Shown here piece by piece: positions 6,784 to 7,469 of a stretch of DNA of 7,469 bases. How positions within the stretch are numbered: position 1 is the stretch's first letter; every line of letters begins with the position of its first letter. The stretch is from a virus (lineage: Duplodnaviria > Heunggongvirae > Uroviricota > Caudoviricetes): IMG/VR virus record IMGVR_UViG_2534681934_000021, positions 1-7,469 of that record, one strand, 5' to 3'. The position numbers were made by a program, and so were the translations under genes. Under the pieces are notes generated by a model that was given only the letters and a program-made list of their open reading frames with translations, did not search any database and was not told the origin of the DNA.

Positions 6784-6891
6784 CCTGAATAAAATTACTC
6801 ACCAACAGCCCACCAACTGTAATTCATCGATACCGTGTGAACCGCCCCGGGTTTCCTGGAGACTAAACTCCCTGAGAAAGAGGTAAACAGG

Positions 6892-7218
6892 ATGACTAAA
6901 AATACTCGTTTTTCCCCCGAAGTCCGTCAGCGGGCGATTCGTATGGTTCTGGAAAGTCAGGATGAATATGACTCACAGTGGGCGGCAATTTGTTCCATTG
7001 CCCCAAAGATTGGCTGTACGCCGGAGACTCTGCGTGTCTGGGTTCGCCAGCATGAGCGGGATACCGGGGGCGGTGATGGTGGGCTCACCAGCGCTGAACG
7101 TCAGCGTCTGAAAGAGCTGGAACGTGAAAATCGTGAACTGCGCCGCAGTAACGATATCCTTCGCCAGGCTTCCGCTTATTTTGCGAAGGCGGAGTTCGAC
7201 CGCCTCTGGAAAAAATGA
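6892..7218 (+). CDS. IS3-family transposase OrfA (helix-turn-helix / leucine-zipper part)
   Basis: [22 protein letters not shown]...[36 protein letters not shown]. It ends at an A6 run followed by TGA (7210-7218). Confidence 0.85.
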   Translation: MTKNTRFSPEVRQRAIRMVLESQDEYDSQWAAICSIAPKIGCTPETLRVWVRQHERDTGGGDGGLTSAERQRLKELERENRELRRSNDILRQASAYFAKAEFDRLWKK

Positions 7219-7469
7219 TGCCACTGCTGGATAAGCTGCGTGAGCAGTACGGGGTCGGACCGGTATGCAGCGAACTGCATATTGCCCCGTCAACGTATTA
7301 CCATTGTCAGCAACAGCGACATCATCCGGATAAACGCAGTGCCCGTGCGCAGCACGACGACTGGCTGAAGAGAGAGATACAGCGCGTATACGATGAAAAT
7401 CATCAGGTGTACGGTGTGCGTAAAGTCTGGCGTCAGTTGTTACGGGAAGGAATCAGGGTGGCCAGATGT
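7215..7469 (+). CDS. IS3-family transposase OrfB, N-terminal part (partial; -1 frame relative to orfA, 3' end beyond the window)
   Basis: The -1 frame is open from 7215 to the window end: [85 protein letters not shown], typical of IS3 OrfB before the DDE domain. Confidence 0.75.
   Translation, partial: MMPLLDKLREQYGVGPVCSELHIAPSTYYHCQQQRHHPDKRSARAQHDDWLKREIQRVYDENHQVYGVRKVWRQLLREGIRVARC

Larger units (their letters stand above)
6838..7469 (+). mobile_element. IS3-family insertion sequence (IS629/IS3411-like), left end at 6838, running off the window
   Basis: The left terminal sequence TGAACCGCCCCGGG... is followed by orfA and then a -1 frame orfB. It is inserted ~55 bp upstream of the inverted tfa', where the alternate fibre C-terminus would be expected. 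Confidence 0.8.

Noticed and set aside
6973-7293. 106-aa minus-strand ORF inside the IS element
   Set aside because: Antisense to transposase orfA/orfB; typical spurious ORF in GC-rich IS sequence.

Overview
This window reads as a decayed lambdoid prophage remnant. Its central immunity/replication block is lambda-like: pL/OL, cI, OR/pRM/pR, cro, nutR, cII, oop, O with ori, and the start of P. On the left, a 5'-truncated non-lambda tyrosine integrase is fused to the first ~20 codons of N. On the right, a tail-fibre module (stf, tfa, inverted tfa') carries an invertase-type crossover site and is cut by an IS3-family element. The most interesting feature is a ~0.9 kb cassette sitting between cI and OL, exactly where lambda carries rexA-rexB. 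It encodes an NYN/LabA-like (PIN-fold) nuclease-domain protein and is the best candidate for an undescribed lysogen-expressed exclusion or defence function. As it stands in this sequence, cI and O are frameshifted, P is truncated, and N, xis, recombination, lysis and structural genes are deleted, so the element cannot be a functional phage. All comparisons to lambda are from my recollection of the reference sequence, not from a search, and need alignment to confirm.
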